Shown one piece after another: positions 29,140-38,854 of a stretch of 64,000 nucleotides of DNA (positions are counted from its first letter, which is position 1; every line of letters begins with the position of its first letter). The notes under the pieces are model-generated. The model had not been told where the DNA came from. It was given only the letters and a program-made list of their open reading frames with translations, and did not search any database. Origin of the DNA: Candidatus Heimdallarchaeota archaeon (lineage in GTDB: Archaea; Asgardarchaeota; Heimdallarchaeia; Heimdallarchaeales; Heimdallarchaeaceae); NCBI GenBank assembly GCA_030668875.1, contig DAOVER010000005.1, positions 26,597 through 90,596 on the forward strand. The letters are read 5' to 3'. Both the position numbers and the translations under genes were made by a program.

Positions 29140-30141
29140 GTTAACTCAACTAAGATCGGTTACACTTTTGGGCAGGATATCTTTGGGAGGTTGGTTCATA
29201 AATCTTTCACCTGGAGTTTGGAGGTTGATTCCTTGATGAGGGCGGAAGAAGTTGTAATAGTCCCTATAGCGCCGGAGGTCAGCGTTACAATAAGCTAATC
29301 CCAGCCGCTTCAGCTCTCTGACGGTTGTACCATGCTGGCGCTCTACTTTCCCACAAGTCTCAGGGTGGAAGAAACGGCTGCGGATATGCTTTATTCCTTC
29401 CTGAGCGAGCACGCGGGTGAAGGTACTTGTCCCTCCTCGCATAGAGTGGAACTGTGCTCCATTGTCTGTTAGTACTTGCTGGGGACGCCTATAAAGCTGG
29501 AAGCAGTGGTGTAACCTTGTCAAGATCTCTTGCTGGCTAATAGGATGGGTGTAGAGTCTACTCTCCAGGAGGAAGCGGGAGTGGTCATCAATGATGGTTA
29601 AAAGATAAAGGTGTTGTCCTTGCTCTTCCACCCAGAAGGGACCTTTGATATCCAGTTGCCAGAGGTCATTGGGTTTGGGTCGTTCGAATCTCTTTCTCGC
29701 CTTCTTCTTGTACGGTTTCTTTCTCCAAGGAGGTTCTCCTTCTCGTTGGAGAGTCTTCCAGATGGTGGTGTGGGAGAGCACCAAGCCTTTCCTCTTGAAC
29801 CATTGCTCAGTCTGCATGATGTTCAAGCCATAGGCTCGTCTCAAGGTGAGGATCTTCTTCTTTATCTGTGGTGTTACCTTTCTCCTTATGCATCTTGGTC
29901 GTCGAGAGCGTTCTTCCCACCATTTTCCCTTGGGGTTCTCACGATAACGTCTTAACCAGGTGTAGACGAATTTTCTTGAGACCATGTACTGTCGAGCAAG
30001 GTGGGTGATAGGTGTTCTTTTCAAAGCCTTTTTAACTACGCGTTTCCTTATAAGTGTCGGGTTACTGTTCGGGTTCATTTAACTCATTTACCCACGGTAA
30101 CCCCTCTTATTTAACTGTCACCAATGTGGGTGGAGTTAACA
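29139..30141 (-). mobile_element. IS481-like insertion sequence (~1.0 kb), GC-rich relative to its surroundings
   Basis: Terminal inverted repeats TGTTAACTCAAC (29139-) and its complement GTGGAGTTAACA (-30141). Single DDE transposase ORF inside. Flanked by 17-bp direct repeats. Confidence 0.7.
29146..30078 (-). CDS. DDE transposase, IS481 family (HTH + rve integrase core)
   Basis: WQLDIKG...IIDDHSR...LTDNGAQF rve-core motifs. Confidence 0.8.
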   Translation of the reverse strand: MNPNSNPTLIRKRVVKKALKRTPITHLARQYMVSRKFVYTWLRRYRENPKGKWWEERSRRPRCIRRKVTPQIKKKILTLRRAYGLNIMQTEQWFKRKGLVLSHTTIWKTLQREGEPPWRKKPYKKKARKRFERPKPNDLWQLDIKGPFWVEEQGQHLYLLTIIDDHSRFLLESRLYTHPISQQEILTRLHHCFQLYRRPQQVLTDNGAQFHSMRGGTSTFTRVLAQEGIKHIRSRFFHPETCGKVERQHGTTVRELKRLGLAYCNADLRRYRDYYNFFRPHQGINLQTPGERFMNQPPKDILPKSVTDLS

Positions 30142-30158
30142 GGGATTTATTGTTTGAT
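30142..30158. repeat. right 17-bp direct repeat GGGATTTATTGTTTGAT flanking the IS
   Basis: Identical copy at 29123-29139. Confidence 0.6.
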
Positions 30159-30175
30159 TAATGAAAAGTTCTGTA

Positions 30176-31246
30176 TCATCGTTGTCTTATAACATAATTT
30201 ACAATTGTTTCAACCTCTTTTGAAGAAAATGTTTCTTCGAAATAAGAGATATAATTCACTATTTCTTTAAGTGAAAGAACTTTCACAAACTGAAATTGCT
30301 CTTTAGGTTTAGCATTAGTCATTAGAAGCACACTACGAATAGCGATTTTCTTTTTTCCCCAATGATGAGAACTAAGACGAAGAGAACCACTAGAAACAGA
30401 GCTATTTAGAAGAGTGAAAAGAGCAAAATTTGCACGTCTAATTTGTTTAACTGGTGAAAACAGGTTCAGATTTTGTAGAGATTTCTCGCTCCAGTTTTTA
30501 GTTTCAAGTAAAAACACTCCTGAAGGACCAACAACAAGATGGTCAACTTGTATAGATAATATTTTATCATTTTCTTTTCTATTGCAAATTGGACGATTAA
30601 AAGACATCTGAAGATCATTGATAACAGTGAATGTATCTGGAAGTTTCTTTAGTTCTTCAGTAACTTGTTGTTCTCCTATGGTTCCAGAAATTAGGGTGTA
30701 GTTATCATCTAAAATTCTATTTATGAGATTGATTCGGTTAGTATAATTTTGAGATCGTTTTGATATTAAGGTTTCAAAGTTGGTTTCACGATAGGTTACA
30801 TCGCGTTCTAGATTCTTAATTTTCTTGGAAAGATGACGAAAGGGTTTTTCAACTTCATCTATAAAATAGTGTGTCAACTTGTCAAGTCTTTTAGAAAGTT
30901 GATTGAGTTTAATTTTGTAAAATAGGAGCTTGAAAGGATTCTTAGTCGATGAGGAATATTGAATGATCTTAGAAGGGATTAGTTCTTTTTCTTCATTAAG
31001 TAATTTTGTTTGATTAGATATCATCTCTTGATATTGATTTGTGAGTAGAGTATAATCGGATTTAAGTTGACTAATTTCAGCAAGAAGTTTCTCTTTTTGC
31101 TGTTCTTGATGCTGTGAAATAGAATTTTTCCAAGTTTTCTTAAAAGTCTGTATTGATTCAAGAGTTGAAAACTCTCTGATGTTATTTTGTTTTAAGACAT
31201 ATAGAAGATGATTAAGAGAACTAGAATTACCATATATGCGAGCCAA
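30176..31246 (-). CDS. NERD (nuclease-related domain) protein with N-terminal coiled coil
   Basis: The C-terminal half, IQVDHLVVGPSGVFLLETKNW, fits the NERD domain. Confidence 0.55.
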   Translation of the reverse strand: MARIYGNSSSLNHLLYVLKQNNIREFSTLESIQTFKKTWKNSISQHQEQQKEKLLAEISQLKSDYTLLTNQYQEMISNQTKLLNEEKELIPSKIIQYSSSTKNPFKLLFYKIKLNQLSKRLDKLTHYFIDEVEKPFRHLSKKIKNLERDVTYRETNFETLISKRSQNYTNRINLINRILDDNYTLISGTIGEQQVTEELKKLPDTFTVINDLQMSFNRPICNRKENDKILSIQVDHLVVGPSGVFLLETKNWSEKSLQNLNLFSPVKQIRRANFALFTLLNSSVSSGSLRLSSHHWGKKKIAIRSVLLMTNAKPKEQFQFVKVLSLKEIVNYISYFEETFSSKEVETIVNYVIRQR

Positions 31247-31400
31247 AGAAATACCTCCATTCCAACGGAATATTCAATCAAACAATCTTAATAAAACTTG
31301 TTATGAACAGGTATTCGTCCATTTTATAATTTAGACCGTAGAATGTAGTTTTACTCATTCACATTTTTCTTTTATTTTTGTAATATTCTTATATACTGAA

Positions 31401-31859
31401 ATGTTAGACTGTTTCTCAATGGGTCTCAACATCGATTTATCCAAACTTGATTACGCCTTTCATCGTAAACCTTTGCTTATAGGTGGGAAAGTTATGGAAT
31501 ATTATAATCTACGTAAAGCAGGTGATGATGTAGACTTTGTTGTAGCTTTAGAAGACTATGAAGGCTTAAAAGAAGCCTATCCAGAACCAGAATACCAGAG
31601 GGGCTTATTTGGTGATCTTGGAGTAACAGTTGATGAATCAGAGGTTTGGAAATGTATATGTCTTTTCGAATATAAATTCTTATCAGAAAAAGCATTAGAA
31701 ATGGAAGAATATCTAATCATATCATTAGAGAAATTGCTCTTTTTGAAAGTTTTAGCAATGCACAAAAGAAAATATCGAAAAGATGTAAAACTGATAAGGC
31801 AAAAGATTCTGGACAATAAATATGATGACGAAGAGTGGAAGGAGAAATATATGAAATAA
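31401..31859 (+). CDS. putative minimal nucleotidyltransferase (Pol-beta superfamily)-like protein
   Basis: LIGGKVMEYYNLRKAGDDVDFVV fits hGG-x12-DhDh. Confidence 0.3.
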   Translation: MLDCFSMGLNIDLSKLDYAFHRKPLLIGGKVMEYYNLRKAGDDVDFVVALEDYEGLKEAYPEPEYQRGLFGDLGVTVDESEVWKCICLFEYKFLSEKALEMEEYLIISLEKLLFLKVLAMHKRKYRKDVKLIRQKILDNKYDDEEWKEKYMK

Positions 31860-31885
31860 CATTGTAGAAAGGAGCTTACTTCTTC

Positions 31886-32335
31886 TCAATTCTCCTTTAT
31901 CGTACCGGTCAATTCGAGTAATTGTTCATATTGCCAAACGCGTTCCTTAGTATCAACTTTAGCAGCATAATTTGCTGCATGAACAGCGTGCCCTGCAACA
32001 TGGACAGTAGCAGTTGCATGACCAGCTGCACGTGCAACTGTACAAGCTACAGCGTTATCAACTTCTCTAGCCGCGGCATGAGCAGCAAATGCTGCAGAGC
32101 GTACCTTACCTACAGAGATCTCCCCATATGTCCATGAATGTGCTGCTTCTATCGCTTTCCTCGGTCGGTCATCATTGGGAAATTTATCTTCAAAATAGGA
32201 TAACACATGTTCCACACAATAAATCGCCCAGATCACCAATGATCTTTTTTCCATTTTGCTTGTAATCTCTGCAATCTTCTTCTTAAGGTCGCTCTCGGAA
32301 TTAAGGGCAGAACTATCCTCACTCATACTTACCAT
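31886..32335 (-). CDS. Ala/His-rich helical protein, function unknown
   Basis: AAHAAAREV...AARAAGHATATVHVAGHAVHAANYAA. Confidence 0.3.
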   Translation of the reverse strand: MVSMSEDSSALNSESDLKKKIAEITSKMEKRSLVIWAIYCVEHVLSYFEDKFPNDDRPRKAIEAAHSWTYGEISVGKVRSAAFAAHAAAREVDNAVACTVARAAGHATATVHVAGHAVHAANYAAKVDTKERVWQYEQLLELTGTIKEN

Positions 32336-32502
32336 CTGAATGGTTGTTTAAAGCAGATAAATAAACGATGTATTTAGTTCATTTAAATCTAAGCAAAATG
32401 CAAGAAAATGATAAGCTTGTCTGATAAAGATAAATCCATCTTACCAAATTTAGCCATAAGTTTTTTCTAATAGCAACATTTTTGTCAACTTAGGTACAAT
32501 CG

Positions 32503-33333
32503 ATGTCTATTGAGAAAGTTAAGGATAATGTTTATGCAATTACTGATGGTAGCACACGCGGGAATGTAGCTGCTTATGTTTTACCTACACAGATTGTCTT
32601 TGTTGATTCAGGTATGCACATTCCTTTAATAAAGAAATTTAGGGAGTATATTGAAAAAGAAACTGGAAAAAAGGCTTCTACTCTTTTTATAACACATGAG
32701 CATGGAGATCATGTTTTCGGCAATCAAATTTTTGAAGACTGTGAGATAATTACATCAGAATTAGCAAATGAAGCCATGATAAAATCAAAACAAAATGATT
32801 GGACACCAATAAATATAGAAGAATGGAAGAAAAATGCAGAAGATCCAACTGCATTAGAAGGGTTACAAATTGTTTTCCCCAATAAAACCTTTGCAGATGA
32901 GTATGAGATGGTAGATGGGGATGTAAAAATCATAGTTAAAAGAACAGGCGGTCATACTGAAGGTTCAAGTTATGTTTATTGTCCAAACTACAAAGTAATG
33001 TTCGGTGGTGACAATTTATTCAACCACAGTTTTCCTTGGGGTGGAACACCTACTGCCGACCCTTTAAAATGGATTAAAGCCTTAGAAGAATACCTCTCAC
33101 TTGACGTGGAGCATTATATTCCCGGACATGGTTCAACATCTGACAAGAAACCTTTAGAGGAATTTCGTGCATATCTGAACAAGGTTGTTACTCTTATGCA
33201 AGATATGTTTGTTGAAGGAAAGAGTGAAGAAGAAATTCTTGAAGCAGCAGATAAAATAGGATATTACCCACCTAGAAGGGAGCAATGGAAGGCTCTAACG
33301 TTAAAGAGATGGTATGATGTTGTGTTAAATTAA
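32503..33333 (+). CDS. metallo-beta-lactamase-fold hydrolase
   Basis: THEHGDH (HxHxDH) motif. Confidence 0.75.
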   Translation: MSIEKVKDNVYAITDGSTRGNVAAYVLPTQIVFVDSGMHIPLIKKFREYIEKETGKKASTLFITHEHGDHVFGNQIFEDCEIITSELANEAMIKSKQNDWTPINIEEWKKNAEDPTALEGLQIVFPNKTFADEYEMVDGDVKIIVKRTGGHTEGSSYVYCPNYKVMFGGDNLFNHSFPWGGTPTADPLKWIKALEEYLSLDVEHYIPGHGSTSDKKPLEEFRAYLNKVVTLMQDMFVEGKSEEEILEAADKIGYYPPRREQWKALTLKRWYDVVLN

Positions 33334-33610
33334 TCTGATTTGTCTCCTTTTATTCTTTATAATTATTTTTTCGCGGAGATAATTCTTAGAAAAAAACTCT
33401 TTTTGTCAGAATATTCTTTGTTGTCTTTTAGTATTAGTTTTCATAGAAACTATGCTTAGTTAAAAGTGATGCAAAAGAATGACCCTAAAGAAGAGGACCA
33501 ATGAAGCATCCTTTCCCTTCAGCAACCCATAATGGGGGTCCTCTTCCTTCTTCCACTTTAACAAAATCTTAAATAATTGTAAGATAGGTCGATTTTATTC
33601 GTGGTAATCT

Positions 33611-34360
33611 ATGTATAATATAACATTTGTACCTAAAATTAACGAAATCGGTCTCGATGAGAAAATCAAATTCTCTTCGCTTATTGATTATATGCAACAT
33701 GCAGCATATATGCATGCAGATCAATTGGGGGTGGGGCACCATCAGATTTTTCATAAAAATTTAACTTGGTTGCTTCTAAGATATGCAGTAGAAGTTCTTC
33801 GTCATCCCACATTAGATGAAAAACTTAGGGTAGTCACATGGGTAGCTGAATCTGAAAGCCCGAAATTCACCTTAAGAGATTTTGAAATCTATGATGAGAG
33901 GGATAATATCATTTGCAAAGCAACAACAAGCTGGTTGCTATATAATTACAGAAAAAGACAAATTGTGAATTTCGTAGATTATTGGTCAAATTACGATGCA
34001 AGAGAAAAAAGAGCTTTAGATTATGATTTTCCAAAACTAGGATTACCTGAAAAAGTTTCTACAAAGAGAACCATAAAGGTCAGACTACATGATTTAGATA
34101 TTAATCAGCATGTAAATCATCGAATGTATATAGAGTGGATAATAGAGGGATTACCACAGAAAATATTCAAAAAATATGAATTGGAAAAACTGGAAATTAG
34201 TTTTAAGGATCAAGCGCTCTATGAAGATGAAGTTCTGGTGGAAACCGAAGCAGAAAAAATAAAGGGCACAGGACAAATTAAAGCGATTCATCAAATCACA
34301 AAAGGAAAGAAAAAGAGCCTTGTTTCCAAAGCTGTTACCTATTGGGGAGCGCAGAAATGA
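33611..34360 (+). CDS. acyl-ACP thioesterase-like (double hotdog) protein
   Basis: Family-like pattern and size. Confidence 0.45.
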   Translation: MYNITFVPKINEIGLDEKIKFSSLIDYMQHAAYMHADQLGVGHHQIFHKNLTWLLLRYAVEVLRHPTLDEKLRVVTWVAESESPKFTLRDFEIYDERDNIICKATTSWLLYNYRKRQIVNFVDYWSNYDAREKRALDYDFPKLGLPEKVSTKRTIKVRLHDLDINQHVNHRMYIEWIIEGLPQKIFKKYELEKLEISFKDQALYEDEVLVETEAEKIKGTGQIKAIHQITKGKKKSLVSKAVTYWGAQK

Positions 34361-34421
34361 AGAGAAAAGACTCCTAACTAGTTTGAAGTAGATTTATATT
34401 ATAGATTGTCATAAACAAGTT

Positions 34422-36215
34422 ATGGGGTACGAAGCAGTCACTTTTCTATTATTTGCCGCTTATTTGCCGCTTGTTTGGATTCCAATCCGTTTAGCAATCA
34501 AGAAACAAACAGGATACAAAATCGCTCCTGTAGTTCTTGCTCTCTTTCTGATGAGTGTATGGATAGTCGGTTTTATCGGTCGAACAATATTAGTTACAGC
34601 TGTTGAGCATTTAATTTTCGCAGGATCGCTCTCTATTATAGCAGTAATTGTCTTCGAGATAGTTCGAGGTAAAACTAGGTTTCTTAGGAAATTCAAGACA
34701 AGAAGACGTTTGACAGGACTTATCATAATTGTTCTTATCATTGTTGTTGGTGGGAATTCATTATTGGGTATAAACAAAACCATGCAAAGTGCAAGATATT
34801 TTGAGAATATGGTAACCTATGATTCTACCAATTTGCCATTTATTGTTCTTGATGAAGTAAATGAGATAGATAAGAATATGCGACTTGTTACTAAAGAATT
34901 TGCAATAAGCAAAGCAGAACAAAACAAGGCAGTTTTTGGTTCTAACGCTGAATTAATGGAAGCTAATGTCATACTGGTTAACGATTCTATTTACTGGTGT
35001 ATGATTTACGCACCTAAAAGTTCAGCACAATTCTGGACTCCAGGACAATTTAACCATGCTTGGGGATTGATATTGGTTGAAGTTAACAACCCAAACGCTG
35101 AACCTGTAACAATTAATTTTCCAGAAGGAGAGTTTAATTATGCTGATGGTTTATGGCGCAACCACGATATTGTTCTTAAGAATTACCGCCGGGACCAAGG
35201 AGCAAAATACTGGCGTTCATATCCAGCTTGGACAGGTACTGAATGGGTTTACGTTGTTACTCGAACTACAAGAGATGTTTATGGAGCATGGTATTCCGAT
35301 GGGATAGACATTCTTGATATTAAAACAGGCGGTTTAATCACGCATTATACAGCTGAGGAATTAGACACAACCCCCAACTATATCATGCAGATTTATTCTG
35401 AAAGATTGGTTGAAGAAAAATGGATCTGGAACTGGGGTGATAAGAGAGATACGACAGCAGAAGGCAACATACGTTTCTTTAGTGGTTTTCCATATTATAG
35501 TTCAGATAGGATTGGTTTTTATGGAGACGGAGTTGAAGATATCCGTTATGTGAAATATCAAAATTCTACAATAGCTTTCTTTGCCACACATCCTTTTGAT
35601 TCTTCAGAGACTCTCGCAGGTATTGGTGTAATGACAAAAAATGATGTTACGTTTTATGACCTTAGAAAACGAGGATTCATTTCAGCTAATACAGCAGCTA
35701 CGCTAGCTGAGGGGCAGCTTACTGCACCAAATGAAGGTGGTTACATTGTTCAAATGCCAGTACCATATACACTTAACACTTCTATCGGATTGAGATTATC
35801 TTGGTTCATACCCATCTATTGGCAAAGTGGCGCCATACAAAGATTATCTCACGTCTGTGTTATTGATGCCTTAGACTCAAGTTATGTAGCTATAGCTGAA
35901 GCAGAGGGACTATCGGGTTCTCAAGTAGTAAAAGAAGCACGCTTACAATTCAAGTCCTTTTTCACAAGTGAAATTGTCGAAGACCAATATGAAATTGCAC
36001 AAATAGAAGATGTTGGAAGCTACGTAGAAAATGGCGATAGTATTTTTGTTTATCAATTGAATGATAGTCGAACAATACGTTGTTCACAAGATTATCTGAA
36101 TGCAACTCATTGGAATCAAGTTGTTCTAGCGGATATAGGAGACGATATACGATATACATTCACTGAAGATGACGAAGGAATATTTTGGGCAACAGAGTTC
36201 TTTATTTTAACTTAA
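34422..36215 (+). CDS. membrane protein with large extracytoplasmic domain
   Basis: Four N-terminal hydrophobic helices, then a ~480-aa soluble domain rich in W/Y/N. Confidence 0.4.
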   Translation: MGYEAVTFLLFAAYLPLVWIPIRLAIKKQTGYKIAPVVLALFLMSVWIVGFIGRTILVTAVEHLIFAGSLSIIAVIVFEIVRGKTRFLRKFKTRRRLTGLIIIVLIIVVGGNSLLGINKTMQSARYFENMVTYDSTNLPFIVLDEVNEIDKNMRLVTKEFAISKAEQNKAVFGSNAELMEANVILVNDSIYWCMIYAPKSSAQFWTPGQFNHAWGLILVEVNNPNAEPVTINFPEGEFNYADGLWRNHDIVLKNYRRDQGAKYWRSYPAWTGTEWVYVVTRTTRDVYGAWYSDGIDILDIKTGGLITHYTAEELDTTPNYIMQIYSERLVEEKWIWNWGDKRDTTAEGNIRFFSGFPYYSSDRIGFYGDGVEDIRYVKYQNSTIAFFATHPFDSSETLAGIGVMTKNDVTFYDLRKRGFISANTAATLAEGQLTAPNEGGYIVQMPVPYTLNTSIGLRLSWFIPIYWQSGAIQRLSHVCVIDALDSSYVAIAEAEGLSGSQVVKEARLQFKSFFTSEIVEDQYEIAQIEDVGSYVENGDSIFVYQLNDSRTIRCSQDYLNATHWNQVVLADIGDDIRYTFTEDDEGIFWATEFFILT

Positions 36216-36327
36216 TCGTTTGAGAGTAACGATTATTTTTTCTTTTTTCTTATCACTTAACTCTTTTATATTTCTAATTTAAATTAAACCATAGAAAGCA
36301 TTAACAAAGTAGGGTGTTTGAAAATCG

Positions 36328-37350
36328 ATGAACAAGGAAAAAAAGACGTTTGATTTAGTAAGTCTTGGTTCTTGCACTATGGATATGATTGTTTCCGTTG
36401 AAGACGTATTGAGAATGGAACTTGTAGATAAGAACCTAATTGATAAAAAATATTTAGCAATCGAGCATTCTTCAAAATTGAATGTTAGCAACATCAAATT
36501 TCATCCTGGTGGTTCAGCAGCAAATATCTCCTGTGATCTATCCAGCATTGGTTTTAATACGGCATATATAGGGGGAGTTGGAGAAGACTTCAATGGTAAA
36601 GCATGTTTAGAAGATATGCAAAACCATGGAGTAGATACTTCAGGTGTTAAAATATTTGGTGAGGATGTAACAGCTATTTCTGTGATTATACTAACGCCTT
36701 GGGGTAGAGATAGTTCAATATTAGCATACAAAGGAGCAAACAACCTCTTCTCTGAAGAACACATACTAGATGAGATGTTATTATCTACAAGGTGTTTTGT
36801 TTGGACATCATTAACTTCTAACAACGGCATTAAAGCAATAGAAAAATGCATAAAACTAGCTAAATCAATTAATGGTTTAATTGTTGGGGCACCATCGATT
36901 TCAATCATAAAAAATCGTTCAGAGGAAGTAATTAACTTGCTTCGACAAAGCGATATTACAAGTTTAAATGAAGAAGAACTTATTGCTCTCACTAATGAAA
37001 CTGATATAAAAAAAGGAATGGAGAAATTATTTGATTTAGGCATTAATATTGTTAATGTCACATTTGGAAAAGAAGGTCAGTGGTTGAGCGATGGAAAGAC
37101 AATTATAAAGACCAAGCCTCCAAAGGTCTTTGCAGCTGATACAACAGGTGCTGGTGACGCAACTATCAGCGGCATCATTTATGGTATATTAGAGGAAAAG
37201 AGTATTGTAGAAACAGCTAGAATAGCTGCTTCATTAAGCGCAATGGAAATTGAATCTCCAGGTGTGAGAGTAGGAACACCAGTAAAATATACAGAATTAG
37301 AGGAATTCATGAAAAAGCATCCAATCACTCAGACAATAGTTGATTTCTGA
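36328..37350 (+). CDS. PfkB-family carbohydrate/nucleoside kinase
   Basis: GGSAAN and DTTGAGDA motifs. Confidence 0.75.
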   Translation: MNKEKKTFDLVSLGSCTMDMIVSVEDVLRMELVDKNLIDKKYLAIEHSSKLNVSNIKFHPGGSAANISCDLSSIGFNTAYIGGVGEDFNGKACLEDMQNHGVDTSGVKIFGEDVTAISVIILTPWGRDSSILAYKGANNLFSEEHILDEMLLSTRCFVWTSLTSNNGIKAIEKCIKLAKSINGLIVGAPSISIIKNRSEEVINLLRQSDITSLNEEELIALTNETDIKKGMEKLFDLGINIVNVTFGKEGQWLSDGKTIIKTKPPKVFAADTTGAGDATISGIIYGILEEKSIVETARIAASLSAMEIESPGVRVGTPVKYTELEEFMKKHPITQTIVDF

Positions 37351-37392
37351 ATGAAGAATATTTGTGTGAATCCTATTGCATTTTCAATGCAT

Positions 37393-38121
37393 TCAGCTTC
37401 CAGGGAACAGATTCATTAAATCTACAAGTGATGAAATTATAAAATCAGGACTTTCTAGCTCAAGTCTAGATCGAGTGAAATCTCCTAGATCCCCTAAGAT
37501 CCCCACAGTTTTTGTTCCTCCAGCTTTACCAGCTCTGATATCTTGAGGAAAATCCCCAATCATAGCACACATTGAGGGATCCTTACCTAGTTCCATACAC
37601 GCTAGCAATAAAGATTCTGGATAAGGTTTGATTTTCTTAACTTTATTTCGTGTAATTATGACATCAAAGTTATTTAAGAATTCAATATGTTTCTTAACTT
37701 TGTTAACAGTCTTGTCACCAGCATTTGTAACAATGGCTAAATCGTAACCTCGGGAATGAAGAACTTCCAAAATATCATTTACACCATCAAGTGGAACTAT
37801 GTTTCTAAAAGCCATTGGATCAGATTTAACATTTCTTAACACCTTAACAACATCAATAAGAGATAGTTTCAATGCTCGGGCTGACTTCCACACCATTTGT
37901 AGTTTTAATAGTTTTGAACTACCTTGTGAGGTTTCCATTACTTGAGTTATCATGTCTTCTAGAACCTCTTGCCGTTTTTGTTTATCATAATCTGGTTTAA
38001 CCTTGTCAAAAGCTCTTATGAATGGATACCACCATCTTTCACCAAGATCAATAAGTGTACCATCCATATCAAAAAGCAGAGCATCCACTTCATCTATTGG
38101 AATCATATCTAACTGCACCAA
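37393..38121 (-). CDS. HAD-superfamily hydrolase
   Basis: DMDGTLID motif I and the downstream HAD motifs. Confidence 0.7.
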   Translation of the reverse strand: MVQLDMIPIDEVDALLFDMDGTLIDLGERWWYPFIRAFDKVKPDYDKQKRQEVLEDMITQVMETSQGSSKLLKLQMVWKSARALKLSLIDVVKVLRNVKSDPMAFRNIVPLDGVNDILEVLHSRGYDLAIVTNAGDKTVNKVKKHIEFLNNFDVIITRNKVKKIKPYPESLLLACMELGKDPSMCAMIGDFPQDIRAGKAGGTKTVGILGDLGDFTRSRLELESPDFIISSLVDLMNLFPGS

Positions 38122-38212
38122 AAGTATGATTATAATAATGTTATTAATCTATCAAAATCATCTGATTTGTTAACCAGAAGTCTTTTTAGATAACGCTATT
38201 TGTGTTGTAACA

Positions 38213-38833
38213 ATGAAAGTCTTTATTCTAATAGGGTTGCAAATAAGTGGCAAATCATCTCATGGCTATAGATTAAGAGAAGAAGAAGGAATACCAATGG
38301 TAGAGACCGGGCACGCGGTTTATCATGAGCTGAAACGATTGAATTTAGAAGTTAATCATGAGAATAGTAGCAAAGTTATAATTGGTTTGTTAGCCCAAGA
38401 CCCTACAGCTTTTACTCGTACAATACTAGATTATGAAAAAAAAACCTATGAGGGAGCTAAGTGTCTTATTTTAAATGGCGTAAAATCACCAGCAGAAGTT
38501 GAGTATACACAGAGTCGATTCGGTAAAGAGAACGTAACAGTCTTTGGATTTCATTGCAGTCAACAGACACGTTTTAGCAGAGTAACTAACCCTGATAGGT
38601 TCGAGGTATCGGGTCAATTTCACGAAAAAACACAAGAAGATCAAGATTTGGCAAAATGGGAGAACTTCAAGAGTAGAGATTTAAGAGAGATTGGCTTAGG
38701 GATAGGAAATGCTCTCGCTTTTGCGAATGAAATAATCTGTACAGAGGATAATTTTTGGCCATATAATTCATTTGAGAGTTCATATAAACAGTTTCATAAG
38801 CATATTTTTGATAGACTAACAAAGTCTACTTAG
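38213..38833 (+). CDS. P-loop nucleotide kinase-like protein (UPF0200-like)
   Basis: LIGLQISGKSS P-loop, conserved R.DLREIGLGIG. Confidence 0.4.
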   Translation: MKVFILIGLQISGKSSHGYRLREEEGIPMVETGHAVYHELKRLNLEVNHENSSKVIIGLLAQDPTAFTRTILDYEKKTYEGAKCLILNGVKSPAEVEYTQSRFGKENVTVFGFHCSQQTRFSRVTNPDRFEVSGQFHEKTQEDQDLAKWENFKSRDLREIGLGIGNALAFANEIICTEDNFWPYNSFESSYKQFHKHIFDRLTKST

Positions 38834-38854
38834 CGCTTTCATTATCTGCAATTG

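Noticed and set aside
29611-29955. Two plus-strand ORFs inside the IS
   Set aside because: Antisense of the transposase gene.
29123-30158. Possibility that the 17-bp repeats are attL/attR of an integrative element rather than IS flanks
   Set aside because: The element contains only a DDE transposase with its own terminal inverted repeats and no integrase. The repeats are more likely a long target duplication or a pre-existing repeat, though this is unresolved.
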